IMG/VR virus record: IMGVR_UViG_3300048851_000176
Span: 1 to 30,392 of that record
DNA: 30,392 nucleotides
Direction: 5' to 3' (one strand)
From: a virus
Taxonomy: Duplodnaviria; Caudoviricetes
The notes under the pieces are model-generated. The model had not been told where the DNA came from and did not search any database. It worked only from the letters and a program-made list of their open reading frames with translations. The position numbers and the translations under genes are program-made. Positions 8,313-16,631 of the stretch are shown here, one piece after another (positions within the stretch are counted from its first letter, which is position 1; the number at the start of each line of letters is the position of its first letter).

Positions 8313-8881
8313 GGCCGGCAAGGCCCGACCTTGAACCGGGCGCCCTGCCGTTCGAGCTCGTCGCGCATGACGGCCATTATCGGTCCCGGTCCTTCCGCCA
8401 GGAGGCAGCCGAAGGATGAGGCGTATTTCCTGAACGTCGACAAGCGCCCGCCGTTGATGAAGTCAGCGGGTGTGCGACAAGAACCTGCCGCAACCAGATG
8501 ATCTTCCAAGCAGATGTAGAGTTGATCTGGATCCGGGACTGAGCCGGTCACCGATATGCGATCGTTGAATGGCTGCGCCCAGCCGTGTTCTGACAACCGG
8601 TACACACAGAAGTCTTCGAGATCTCGGGCGCGGTCGAACGGGTTCGTTTCGAGACAGTTCATGCCGAACTGCCCGGCGGACAAGTTCTCAAAACGCATTA
8701 CTGCCTTGTGGCGCTCATCAAAACAGACTTGTTCTTGGGGCGTTTGCTTCCACCAACGCCAGCCTTCGATCTCGACGGACCAGTCGATCTTGTCATCGCG
8801 CTTGCTGCCGCGGACGCTCGTGACATAAGTCGGATGGCCCAGCGCCGAGCGTTCCATGATTTCAAGTAGATCAGCTTTCAT
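8234..8881 (-). CDS. Hypothetical accessory protein (215 aa)
   Basis: Long ATG ORF with globular-protein composition, lower GC than phage genes; no family recognised. Confidence 0.7.
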   Translation of the reverse strand: MKADLLEIMERSALGHPTYVTSVRGSKRDDKIDWSVEIEGWRWWKQTPQEQVCFDERHKAVMRFENLSAGQFGMNCLETNPFDRARDLEDFCVYRLSEHGWAQPFNDRISVTGSVPDPDQLYICLEDHLVAAGSCRTPADFINGGRLSTFRKYASSFGCLLAEGPGPIMAVMRDELERQGARFKVGPCRPYEGEGLLVTWLDTWFTCESAFVEFD

Positions 8882-8922
8882 AACGTCTGTGCCTACCAGG
8901 TATGCCCGAGCCGTCGGCTGGG

Positions 8923-8968
8923 TTGTTCAATCAGCGATCGTGCCATATGTTATCACAGTTGTGATAAC
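8923..8968 (+). promoter_or_regulatory. Sigma70-like promoter and palindromic operator of the TA operon
   Basis: TTGTTC (8923-8928)-17 bp-TATGTT (8946-8951); perfect 9-bp arms gttatcaca-gt-tgtgataac (8949-8968) overlapping -10/+1. Confidence 0.75.
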
Positions 8969-8985
8969 TTCTGATTGAGAACAAG

Positions 8986-9210
8986 ATGGTCGCCCTCAAA
9001 CTCCGCAGCATCGGCAACTCTGTCGGTGCGGTCATCCCGAAGGAAGTGCTCTCCCGGCTCAACGTTGCCGAGGGGGACACCGTCTATCTGACCGAAGCGC
9101 CGGACGGCTATCGCATCACGCCCTACAACCCCGATTTCGCCGACCAAATGGGTGCCGCACGCGCCGTGATGAAGAAGCGGCGCAATGTGCTGCGTGAACT
9201 TGCCAAGTGA
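8986..9210 (+). CDS. AbrB/MazE/SpoVT-family antitoxin
   Basis: LKLRSIGNSVGAVIPKEVLSRLNVAEGDTVYL swapped-hairpin motif; GTGA overlap with toxin. Confidence 0.9.
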   Translation: MVALKLRSIGNSVGAVIPKEVLSRLNVAEGDTVYLTEAPDGYRITPYNPDFADQMGAARAVMKKRRNVLRELAK

Positions 9211-9581
9211 CGGTCTGGCTTAACCGCGACGTCGTCATCGCCGTGCATGAAGAGCAGCTTGCCGAACACGGCGGCTCCGCAGGCATTCGCGATGAGGGAC
9301 TGCTCGACAGCGCGCTGATGCGGCCCGTGAATCTGGCGGCGTATGAGACGCCTGACCTTGCGGCCCTTGCCGCCGCCTATGCCTTCGGGCTGGCCCGCAA
9401 CCACCCCTTTGTCGATGGCAACAAGCGCACCTCGCTGGTTGCGGCCGAGACCTTCCTCATTCTGAACGGCGTCACGTTGGATGCCGAAGACACCGAGCTG
9501 CTGCTGACCTGGCAAAACCTAGCGGCCGGCGCACTGGGCGAGGACGAGCTGGCTGCTTGGCTGCGAGAGCGGATCGGTTAG
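9207..9581 (+). CDS. doc: Death-on-curing (Doc/Fic) family toxin
   Basis: HEEQLAEHGGSAGIRDEGLLDSALMRP and Doc motif NHPFVDGNKRT. Confidence 0.93.
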   Translation: MTVWLNRDVVIAVHEEQLAEHGGSAGIRDEGLLDSALMRPVNLAAYETPDLAALAAAYAFGLARNHPFVDGNKRTSLVAAETFLILNGVTLDAEDTELLLTWQNLAAGALGEDELAAWLRERIG

Positions 9582-9630
9582 ACGGGCTCAGTCCAATGCG
9601 GACATGACTAGGTTGGAACGGCCCCCTCCC

Positions 9631-9948
9631 TCACACCCGATGCACATTCGGCAGCAAGGCGAAGAGGTCGGTGTCCGTCACCGCGCCCCAGACGATGCCG
9701 GACGTGTCCGCGGCATCCAGCACCATGACGCGGTCCCTGGTGCGGCGCAGGCCGCCTTCCTGGACCACGCGGGCGGCGAAGGCGCGCAGGGGTTCGGGCG
9801 TGCTGATAACGCAGAACGAGGCATTCTCCGTCCAGATCTGCTGCGGGGTGCGGCCCCGGCGCACGGACCTCAGGAAGGCGTCGTGGATCTGGTCGTGGGC
9901 GTCGATGTCCTGCCGCTCGATATCGAACGAGACGAGAAGCGTCGGCAT
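9631..9948 (-). CDS. Small protein (105 aa), possible Cas2/VapD/GhoS-like ferredoxin fold
   Basis: GGGGA RBS; MPTLLVSFDI strand ending in Asp, then helix, W...SFCVIST strand and DRVMVLD strand. Confidence 0.6.
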   Translation of the reverse strand: MPTLLVSFDIERQDIDAHDQIHDAFLRSVRRGRTPQQIWTENASFCVISTPEPLRAFAARVVQEGGLRRTRDRVMVLDAADTSGIVWGAVTDTDLFALLPNVHRV

Positions 9949-10147
9949 GGGTTTCCCCCGAAGGCTGCAAAGCGCCCTTTGAGGGCAAAGCCGCGCGCAT
10001 TGCAATTGATACTAAAGCCTTAGGTTGCATTTTGACGCAGCCCGCCGTCGCAAGTGCTCCGCAGTGCGCACCTGCGAAAATCGCCTCCCGTCTCAGCCAA
10101 CCCGTTCTCTCCCCGTCACAAAAAAATCACCTCCCCCGGAGACCGCC

Positions 10148-10732
10148 ATGGCGTCCGATGTTACCATTTGCAACCTTGCGCTGTCCCACATCGGCAAGGG
10201 CCGGATCAACGCGCTCGTCGAGGACAGCGCCGAGGCCCGCCAGTGCGCCCTGCACTATCCGGTGGCGCGCGACACGCTGCTGTCGTCCCACCCCTGGTCC
10301 TTTGCCCGCGCCGTGCAGAGCCTGGCGGCCAAGCCGAACAGCTGGCCGCAGCGCTGGGCCTTTGCCTACCAACGTCCGGCCGACTGCCTGCGCGTCATCC
10401 GCCTGGTGCCTGACGTGGACCCCGTGCCGGACGACCTCAGCGCCCCGCACCAGACGCGCGGCCGCATGATCTTCTGCAACATTGCGCCGGCAACGCTTGA
10501 GTATGTCGCCCGCGCCGACGATGCCTCGGTCTATCCGGCGCTGTTCGTGGACGCGCTGTCCTGGGCGCTGGCGGCGCGGATCGCCATGCCGCTGACGCGG
10601 GAGGGCAAGGCCATGCAGGACGCGCTGGCCATGGCCGCGCGCACCGGAGCTACCGCCATGGCCCATGACGCCAATGAAGAAACCAACGCGCTGGACCTTC
10701 GGGGCGAAGCGCTGGCCGCCAGGAGCCGGTGA
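10148..10732 (+). CDS. Tail tubular protein A / adaptor (T7 gp11-like)
   Basis: GGAG RBS; SDVTICNLALSHIG, CALHYPVARDTLLSSHPWSFA, YQRPADCLRV, LFVDALSWALAARIAMPLT. Confidence 0.88.
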   Translation: MASDVTICNLALSHIGKGRINALVEDSAEARQCALHYPVARDTLLSSHPWSFARAVQSLAAKPNSWPQRWAFAYQRPADCLRVIRLVPDVDPVPDDLSAPHQTRGRMIFCNIAPATLEYVARADDASVYPALFVDALSWALAARIAMPLTREGKAMQDALAMAARTGATAMAHDANEETNALDLRGEALAARSR

Positions 10733-13017
10733 TGGCCGACGTCAGAACCATCCAGCCCTCGTTCTCCGGCGGGGAGCTTGCCCCCGCGCTCTGGGCACGA
10801 ACCGATGCCGCGAAGTATCCCACCGGCCTGAAGACGGCCCGCAACGTGATGGTGCAGAAGTTCGGCGGCCTCGCCAACCGCGCCGGCCTGGAGTTCGTGG
10901 CGGAGGTGAAGGACAGCAACGCGCCCGCGCGCATCATCCCCTTCCAGTTCAACACCGAGCAGACCTACATCCTGGAAATGGGCGAGCATTACTGCCGCGT
11001 CATCATGGACGGAGCGCAGGTTGCCTCCGCTACCGCCACGTCCATCACGGGCGTGTCGCAGGGCGATCCCGTGACGGTGACGGCGCCCGGCCATGGCCTT
11101 GCCGAGGGCGCCGAGGTCAGCCTCACCGGTCTCGGCGGCATGACCGAGCTTAACGGCCGCACCTTCACCATTGCCGATGTCACCGCGGGCAGCTTCACCC
11201 TGAGGGATCGCTTCGGCGATGACATCGACGGCGCCATGCTGTCGCCCTGGACCTCCGGGGGCGAGGTGCGTGCGGTCTATGAGTTCGCCTCGCCCTACAG
11301 CGCCGCGGAGGTGCAGGAGGTGAACTATGTGCAGGAGGCCGATGTCGCCTACCTCACGCATGTGAAGCACCCGCCCAAGAAACTGTCACGCACGGGCCAT
11401 GCCGCCTGGAGCGTGACGACGCCCACCTTCACGCCGGTGATGACCGCGCCCACCGGCCTTGCCGCCAGCGTCCTGGCGGGCGGCGGCTCCACGGTCTACC
11501 GCTACAAGGTCTCGGCGGTTTCGGCCGCATCGGGCGAGGAAAGCCTGCCCTCGGCCGAGGCGACGGTGTCCAACAACCTCAACATCGCCAACTACAAGAA
11601 CAAGGTGATTTGGAACGCGGTGGAGGGCGCGGCGCGCTATGTGGTTTACCGCTATGACGCCGGCGTCTTCGGCTATGTGGGCTCCACCGACGGCCTCACC
11701 TTCGAGGACGAGAACATCACGCCCGACCTTGCCGACACCACGCAATCGACGCGCAACCCCTTCCAGGGCGAGGGTAACTACCCGCGCTGCGCCACCTTCT
11801 ACGAGCAGCGCCTCGCCTTTGCCGGCACCATCAACGACCCGCAGGCGGTCTGGCTGTCGCAGAGCGCCAACTACGAGAACTTCGGCGTGTCCTCGCCGGC
11901 GAAGGCCTCCGATGCCGTGACGTTCCGGGTGCGCGCGGCGCAGGTGAACGAGATCCGCGCCATGGTGCCCGTGCGCAACCTGATGCTCTTTACATCAGGC
12001 GCCGAATGGGAAGTTTCCGGCGGCAACGACGAGCCGCTGACCCCCGGCAATGTCCGCGCGCGGCCCAAGAGCTACTGGACCTCCTCGCGCGTGCCGCCGC
12101 TGGTGGTGGGCGATGTGGTGCTGTTTGCGGTGGACCGCGGCGGCATCAGGGATTTTGCCTATGAGTTCGCGCAGGACGGCTACACCGGCCTCGACCTCAC
12201 CATCTACTCCGCCCACCTGTTCGAGGGCCGCCGCGTGGTGGCGCAGGCCTATTCGCAATCGCCCCTCAGCCTCGTCTGGGTGGTGCTGGACGATGGCTCG
12301 CTGATCTCGCTGACCTACCTGCGCGAGCAGGAGGTCTGGGCCTGGACGCGGCACGACACCGACGGCGCCTTCGAGGATGTGGCCGTGATCGCCGAGGACC
12401 GCGAGGATGCCGTCTATGTCATCGTCCGCCGCGAGGTCCAGGGCGAGGTGAAACGCTATATCGAGCGCATGTCCTCGCGCCTGTTCCTCACCGCAGAGGA
12501 CTGCTTCTTCGTCGATTCCGGCCTCTCCTACGACGGCCCGCCCGAGCGCACTTTTTCGGGGCTGGACCACCTGGAGGGCAAGGAGGTGGTGGCGCTGGCC
12601 GATGGCAATGTGGCGCGCGGCCTTACCGTCAGCCAGGGCATGGTGACCCTCGCCTCCCCCGCCGCGCGCGTGCACATCGGCCTGCCCTACGAAAGCGACG
12701 TCCAGACGCTGGACCTCGACATGGGACAGGTGCAGGGCCTTGGCACCGTGCAGGGGCGGATGAAGTCGGTCTCTTCCGTCACGCTGCGCGTGGAGCGCAC
12801 GCGCGGTCTCTGGATCGGCCCCGATGAAAACCGCCTCGTGGAATACAAGCAGCGCGGCGGCGAGGGCTGGGGCGAGGCCATCAAGCTGTTCACCGGCGAC
12901 ATGAGCGTGACGCTGGAGCCGGACTGGAACACCTCCGGCTCGATCTTCGTGCGCCAGTCCGACCCGCTGCCCATGACGATCCTCGGCGTGATGCCGGATG
13001 TGACGCTGGGGCGGTGA
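10732..13017 (+). CDS. Tail tubular protein B / nozzle (T7 gp12/Bbp13-like) with FCCH-like beta insertion
   Basis: QPSFSGGELAP, NYPRCATFYEQRLAFAG, LMLFTSGAEW, EQEVWAWTRHDTDG, GLDHLEGKEV, RQSDPLPMTILG. Confidence 0.9.
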   Translation: MADVRTIQPSFSGGELAPALWARTDAAKYPTGLKTARNVMVQKFGGLANRAGLEFVAEVKDSNAPARIIPFQFNTEQTYILEMGEHYCRVIMDGAQVASATATSITGVSQGDPVTVTAPGHGLAEGAEVSLTGLGGMTELNGRTFTIADVTAGSFTLRDRFGDDIDGAMLSPWTSGGEVRAVYEFASPYSAAEVQEVNYVQEADVAYLTHVKHPPKKLSRTGHAAWSVTTPTFTPVMTAPTGLAASVLAGGGSTVYRYKVSAVSAASGEESLPSAEATVSNNLNIANYKNKVIWNAVEGAARYVVYRYDAGVFGYVGSTDGLTFEDENITPDLADTTQSTRNPFQGEGNYPRCATFYEQRLAFAGTINDPQAVWLSQSANYENFGVSSPAKASDAVTFRVRAAQVNEIRAMVPVRNLMLFTSGAEWEVSGGNDEPLTPGNVRARPKSYWTSSRVPPLVVGDVVLFAVDRGGIRDFAYEFAQDGYTGLDLTIYSAHLFEGRRVVAQAYSQSPLSLVWVVLDDGSLISLTYLREQEVWAWTRHDTDGAFEDVAVIAEDREDAVYVIVRREVQGEVKRYIERMSSRLFLTAEDCFFVDSGLSYDGPPERTFSGLDHLEGKEVVALADGNVARGLTVSQGMVTLASPAARVHIGLPYESDVQTLDLDMGQVQGLGTVQGRMKSVSSVTLRVERTRGLWIGPDENRLVEYKQRGGEGWGEAIKLFTGDMSVTLEPDWNTSGSIFVRQSDPLPMTILGVMPDVTLGR

Positions 13018-13053
13018 CAGCGGCAAGGGCCTTGCACGGGGGCGTTCCACACG

Positions 13054-13211
13054 CCCGTCATGCCCGCCCTTGTGGCGGGTATCCACGCTTTACTGAAGCT
13101 ACGACACTGCCAGACCTAAATATCCAGCTCCCGAGGGCGACCAGATCCGGATTTCGCCTGCGCATCCGCCGCCCATCCGTGGATACCCGCCACAAGGGCG
13201 GGCATGACGGG
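13054..13211. repeat. REP doublet (REPIN-like): perfect 34-bp inverted repeats around a 90-bp spacer
   Basis: cccgtcatgcccgcccttgtggcgggtatccacg (13054-13087) and its exact reverse complement (13178-13211). Confidence 0.93.
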
Positions 13212-13278
13212 TGAGGCAGCCTGCGCGCGAAACAAAGCCCGCTTCCTACGGTGCAGCCAAACAGACGCCGTGACCCCC

Positions 13279-13860
13279 ATGACCCCTACGATCATCCCGG
13301 CGACCCGCGACCACATCGCCGATATCGCCCCGCGCATGCGGGCGGCCGACACCGCCGAGGTCTGGGCCGCTGCCCGCCGCACGCCCGGGGAAGCCCTCAC
13401 CCTCTCGCTCGACCACGCCACCTCCGCCTCCACCGTCATGGTGGGTGGACGTGCCGAGATGATGTTCGGCGTCGGCGCGCTCAACCTCATGGCGGGCATC
13501 GGCGCGCCCTGGCTTCTGGGGACCGACGCCATGCTGCGCCACCAGCGCTGGTTCCTTGCCGCCAGTGAGGCCGAGATTGCCCGCATGCTCGAGACCTATG
13601 CGGTGCTCCACAACCTCGTGGACGACCGTAACACCATGTCGAAGCGCTGGCTTGGCTGGCTCGGCTTCACCCTTCACCCGCCGCGCCCGCTCGGGGTCGA
13701 CGGCGCGCTTTTCTGTCCCTTCGAGATGAGAGTTGACCATGTGCGATTTCGGACTGGCGCTGGCGGGCGCCTCCGCGGCGATGGGCGCCGCCGGCCAGAT
13801 GCAGCAGGCCAAGGCCGCCGCGCAGGCGGCCCAGTACAACGCGGCGGTGGCGCGCAATAA
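13279..13860 (+). CDS. Internal virion protein A-like (T7 gp13-like, acetyltransferase fold)
   Basis: IAPRMRAADTAEVWA, GAPWLLGT, NLVDDRNTMSKRWLGWLGF; the conserved part ends near 13744. Confidence 0.8.
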   Translation: MTPTIIPATRDHIADIAPRMRAADTAEVWAAARRTPGEALTLSLDHATSASTVMVGGRAEMMFGVGALNLMAGIGAPWLLGTDAMLRHQRWFLAASEAEIARMLETYAVLHNLVDDRNTMSKRWLGWLGFTLHPPRPLGVDGALFCPFEMRVDHVRFRTGAGGRLRGDGRRRPDAAGQGRRAGGPVQRGGGAQ

Positions 13861-14305
13861 CGCCATCCTGGCCGAGCGCCGGGCGCAGGACGCCGTGGTG
13901 CGCGGCACCGAGGAGGAGCAGCAGAAGCGGCTGCAGACCGCCGCGCTGCGCGGCCAGCAGCTGGTCATGGCCGCTGCGGGAAATGTGGACACCGGCTACG
14001 GCTCGGCGCTCGACATGCTGGTGGACACGACCATCCAGGGCGAGCTCGATGCCCTGACCATCCGCACCAACGCCGAGCGCGAAGCCTATGACTTCCGCAT
14101 GCAGGCGGTGAACGAGACGGGACAGGCGGGGCTGCTGACGGCGCAGGCAAAATCCTCGCGCGCCGGCGGTTTTCTCGAGGCGGCCGGCACGCTCCTGAGC
14201 GGCGCCAGCGGCATGTACAGCAGCGCGTCCAAGGCTGGCTACTTCAAGACGGCTTCAGTTTCAGCGAGCAAATCTCGCTCTACCAGTGCAGCACACACGG
14301 GATAA
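13739..14305 (+). CDS. Internal virion/ejection protein B-like (T7 gp14-like)
   Basis: MCD start, Gly/Ala-rich hydrophobic ends, QYNAAVARNNA, GQQ...GSALD...GELDALTIRTNAEREA. Confidence 0.82.
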   Translation: MCDFGLALAGASAAMGAAGQMQQAKAAAQAAQYNAAVARNNAILAERRAQDAVVRGTEEEQQKRLQTAALRGQQLVMAAAGNVDTGYGSALDMLVDTTIQGELDALTIRTNAEREAYDFRMQAVNETGQAGLLTAQAKSSRAGGFLEAAGTLLSGASGMYSSASKAGYFKTASVSASKSRSTSAAHTG

Positions 14306-14309
14306 CGCC

Positions 14310-16247
14310 ATGCCTAGAGTTCCCGCCTACGAGCGCAGCGTTCGCCTGCGCCCCGTCCACCAGCAGAACATGAACATCACGGCCACAGCCGACCACATGG
14401 GCGCGGCCGTGGGCCGCGGCATGAAAAGCCTCGCCGGCGGCGTCGACAAGGTTGGGGATGCCCTGCACGAGACCCATGTGCAATCGCTCAAAGACCTTGC
14501 GGTGCAGACAGAGGCAGATGAAGCCACGACACGGTTCAGGCCGATCAACAGCAAGGCGCTGCATGACCCGGAAACCGGGGTTCTCAAGCGCACCGGCAAG
14601 GCGGCCGTGGACAGCCGCGCGGCTTACGAGAAAAGCATTACCGCGCAGAAGGATGCCATCGCCAAGGAGTTGAGCCCCGGCGCCCGCAAGATCTTCAACG
14701 CTGCCGCGATGAGCGAAATCGCCACCTCCCTGGAGACGGTGATCCCCCATTCGGTGCGCGAGGTGAAGCGCTGGGTCAACGAGGCCAGCGCGGCGAGCGT
14801 CGCCTCCTTCATCGGCGAGGCCGCGCTGTCCTTTGCCGTGCCCGGCAGCCTGCCCAGGCTGGCCGGTGCGCTGGCGCAGGAAATTGCGAGAAATGGCCGC
14901 CTCAACGGGTTGAGCGAAGCGGAGATTGGCCAGCAGCAACAGGTTCGAACAAGCCAGCTCCACACCACGGCGCTGCTGGAGCAGGCAAAGTCCGACCCCC
15001 TTGGCGCCAAGGCCACCTTCGATGAACTTGGCGAGACGCTGTCGCAGGAAGACCGTAGCCACCTTGAAGAGAAGCTGCGCGAGCCCGTGCTGAACGCGCA
15101 GGCCAGCGAAAAAGGCCGCGAGATCATGGGCCTTCGCCGCCGGCTCGTCACGGCGGCCGCGCGCACGCCGCAGGAAGGCACGCCGCAGGAAGGCACGCCG
15201 CCTTCAGGGATGCCGGCACCCAAGGCCTTCCTGCGCGAGACTTACAAGGGCGCCAGCCGCTACGACGGCATCGACACGCTGGACGACAGCTTTGCCGGCA
15301 ACCTCGCCGCGCTCATGGAAGATGCGCCCGCGTCCATGCGCGGGCGGATCGGCCTCATCAAGGTGTCCGCGCGCCCGGCCGAGGGCGAACGGCAGACCGT
15401 TGATCTCGTCTATAACGGCCGGTCACTGGGCCTTGCACCGCAAGGGGTGCGTGACTACATCCTGGCCAACGCCTCCCGATACAACCTCAGTTTTCCCGCG
15501 CCAGGCCCCTCGCCTGAAGCCGCGGGATACGGCGCGCTGCGCCCCGTCGAGTTCGGCTCGCGCCTCGTGGCGCGCGGCTCCGGGCTGTCGCAGCGCGCCA
15601 CCCTTCCCTCCGCCGCCGAGATCGACACTCATCTGGCCTCTATCGCCGATCCGGCGCTGCGCGAGCGCACCCGCCGCCTTGTCAGCCAGAGCATCCATGC
15701 CGAAAGCCGCGCGGCCCAGGAACGGGAGGAGGCCGAAGCGCGCGAGCGTTTCAACGCCGGCGCTGACGATCTGTCCGGCACGAAGCGGCTTGGCCGGCGC
15801 GAGCCCGTCAGCAACGATCTGCTCGTCACCGAGTTTCTTGGCCTTGCCGCCCGCCAGCCCGACGGCTTCTCCGGCCTGAGCCTGCCGGACTATTACGACC
15901 GACTGTCCGGCACCGACCGTGAAGAGCTGGAAGCGATCCAGCAGGCCGTCATGGCCAACGACCCCTCCGCCCGCCGGAACCTGGCCGACTGGTCCGACAT
16001 GGCTGATCTCGCGGAGGATCAGCTCGATCGCATGGGCCTGCTGCCCGCGCACGCCGACAGCTTGGAAGCGGCCCACAGACGCGGCCTGGAAATCGCCGCC
16101 ATCAAGACCGGCCTTTACCGCACGCTGAAGCAGGAACGGGCGGCTGGCACGCCCATCAACGAACTGGCCAAGCGCAACATGACCATGGAGGCCATCACCA
16201 AGCTGGTGCTGGACGCACGGCTGCCCGGCCGCGGGCGGCGCGCCTGA
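14310..16247 (+). CDS. Internal virion/ejection protein C-like with degenerate peptidase-M15-like domain
   Basis: MPRVPAYERSV start typical of the second ejection protein, helical composition, position after gp14-like gene. Confidence 0.7.
   Translation: MPRVPAYERSVRLRPVHQQNMNITATADHMGAAVGRGMKSLAGGVDKVGDALHETHVQSLKDLAVQTEADEATTRFRPINSKALHDPETGVLKRTGKAAVDSRAAYEKSITAQKDAIAKELSPGARKIFNAAAMSEIATSLETVIPHSVREVKRWVNEASAASVASFIGEAALSFAVPGSLPRLAGALAQEIARNGRLNGLSEAEIGQQQQVRTSQLHTTALLEQAKSDPLGAKATFDELGETLSQEDRSHLEEKLREPVLNAQASEKGREIMGLRRRLVTAAARTPQEGTPQEGTPPSGMPAPKAFLRETYKGASRYDGIDTLDDSFAGNLAALMEDAPASMRGRIGLIKVSARPAEGERQTVDLVYNGRSLGLAPQGVRDYILANASRYNLSFPAPGPSPEAAGYGALRPVEFGSRLVARGSGLSQRATLPSAAEIDTHLASIADPALRERTRRLVSQSIHAESRAAQEREEAEARERFNAGADDLSGTKRLGRREPVSNDLLVTEFLGLAARQPDGFSGLSLPDYYDRLSGTDREELEAIQQAVMANDPSARRNLADWSDMADLAEDQLDRMGLLPAHADSLEAAHRRGLEIAAIKTGLYRTLKQERAAGTPINELAKRNMTMEAITKLVLDARLPGRGRRA
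15163..15201 (+). repeat. 15-bp in-frame tandem repeat (2.6 copies; TPQEG)
   Basis: gcacgccgcaggaag x2 plus gcacgccgc. Confidence 0.9.
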
Positions 16248-16631
16248 GCACAGAATGCTGCACAACCGACTTTACTTCGCTCACACGCTCTGGCATAAAA
16301 GGAACATAGCAAGAACCCTATGAAGAGATGCTGTTGTGGAACGCGCGAGTTCTTTGTGAGGGCAATGACTACCTTCAAGCGGCAGACAGCTTATGCTGAC
16401 GCAGCCCCGCCATGATTGACCTAGCTTGTAGCCCTGGATCCGGGCTTTAGGGTTGCTTGCACTCGGCTGACTGGCCGAGCTGAAGATGCAGGTAAGCTAA
16501 ACATTTACTACCACCATTCATAATAGTCACAGAATGCTTTTGAAGTATTGCCTTGTCGGCCAAGCCGACGCTGGCGCAGCGGCCTACACTACGGCCGCAG
16601 GAACCGTTGATGGGGGGATCGTTTGGCCGGT

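Noticed and set aside
2436-13211. 32-nt palindromic repeats as a CRISPR array
   Set aside because: Copies are dispersed, mostly in inverted pairs with variable stems and irregular spacing; no cas operon.
16490-16530. CtrA box (TTAA-N7-TTAA) indicating GTA-type regulation
   Set aside because: The AT-rich tract does not match the spacing or the half-sites.
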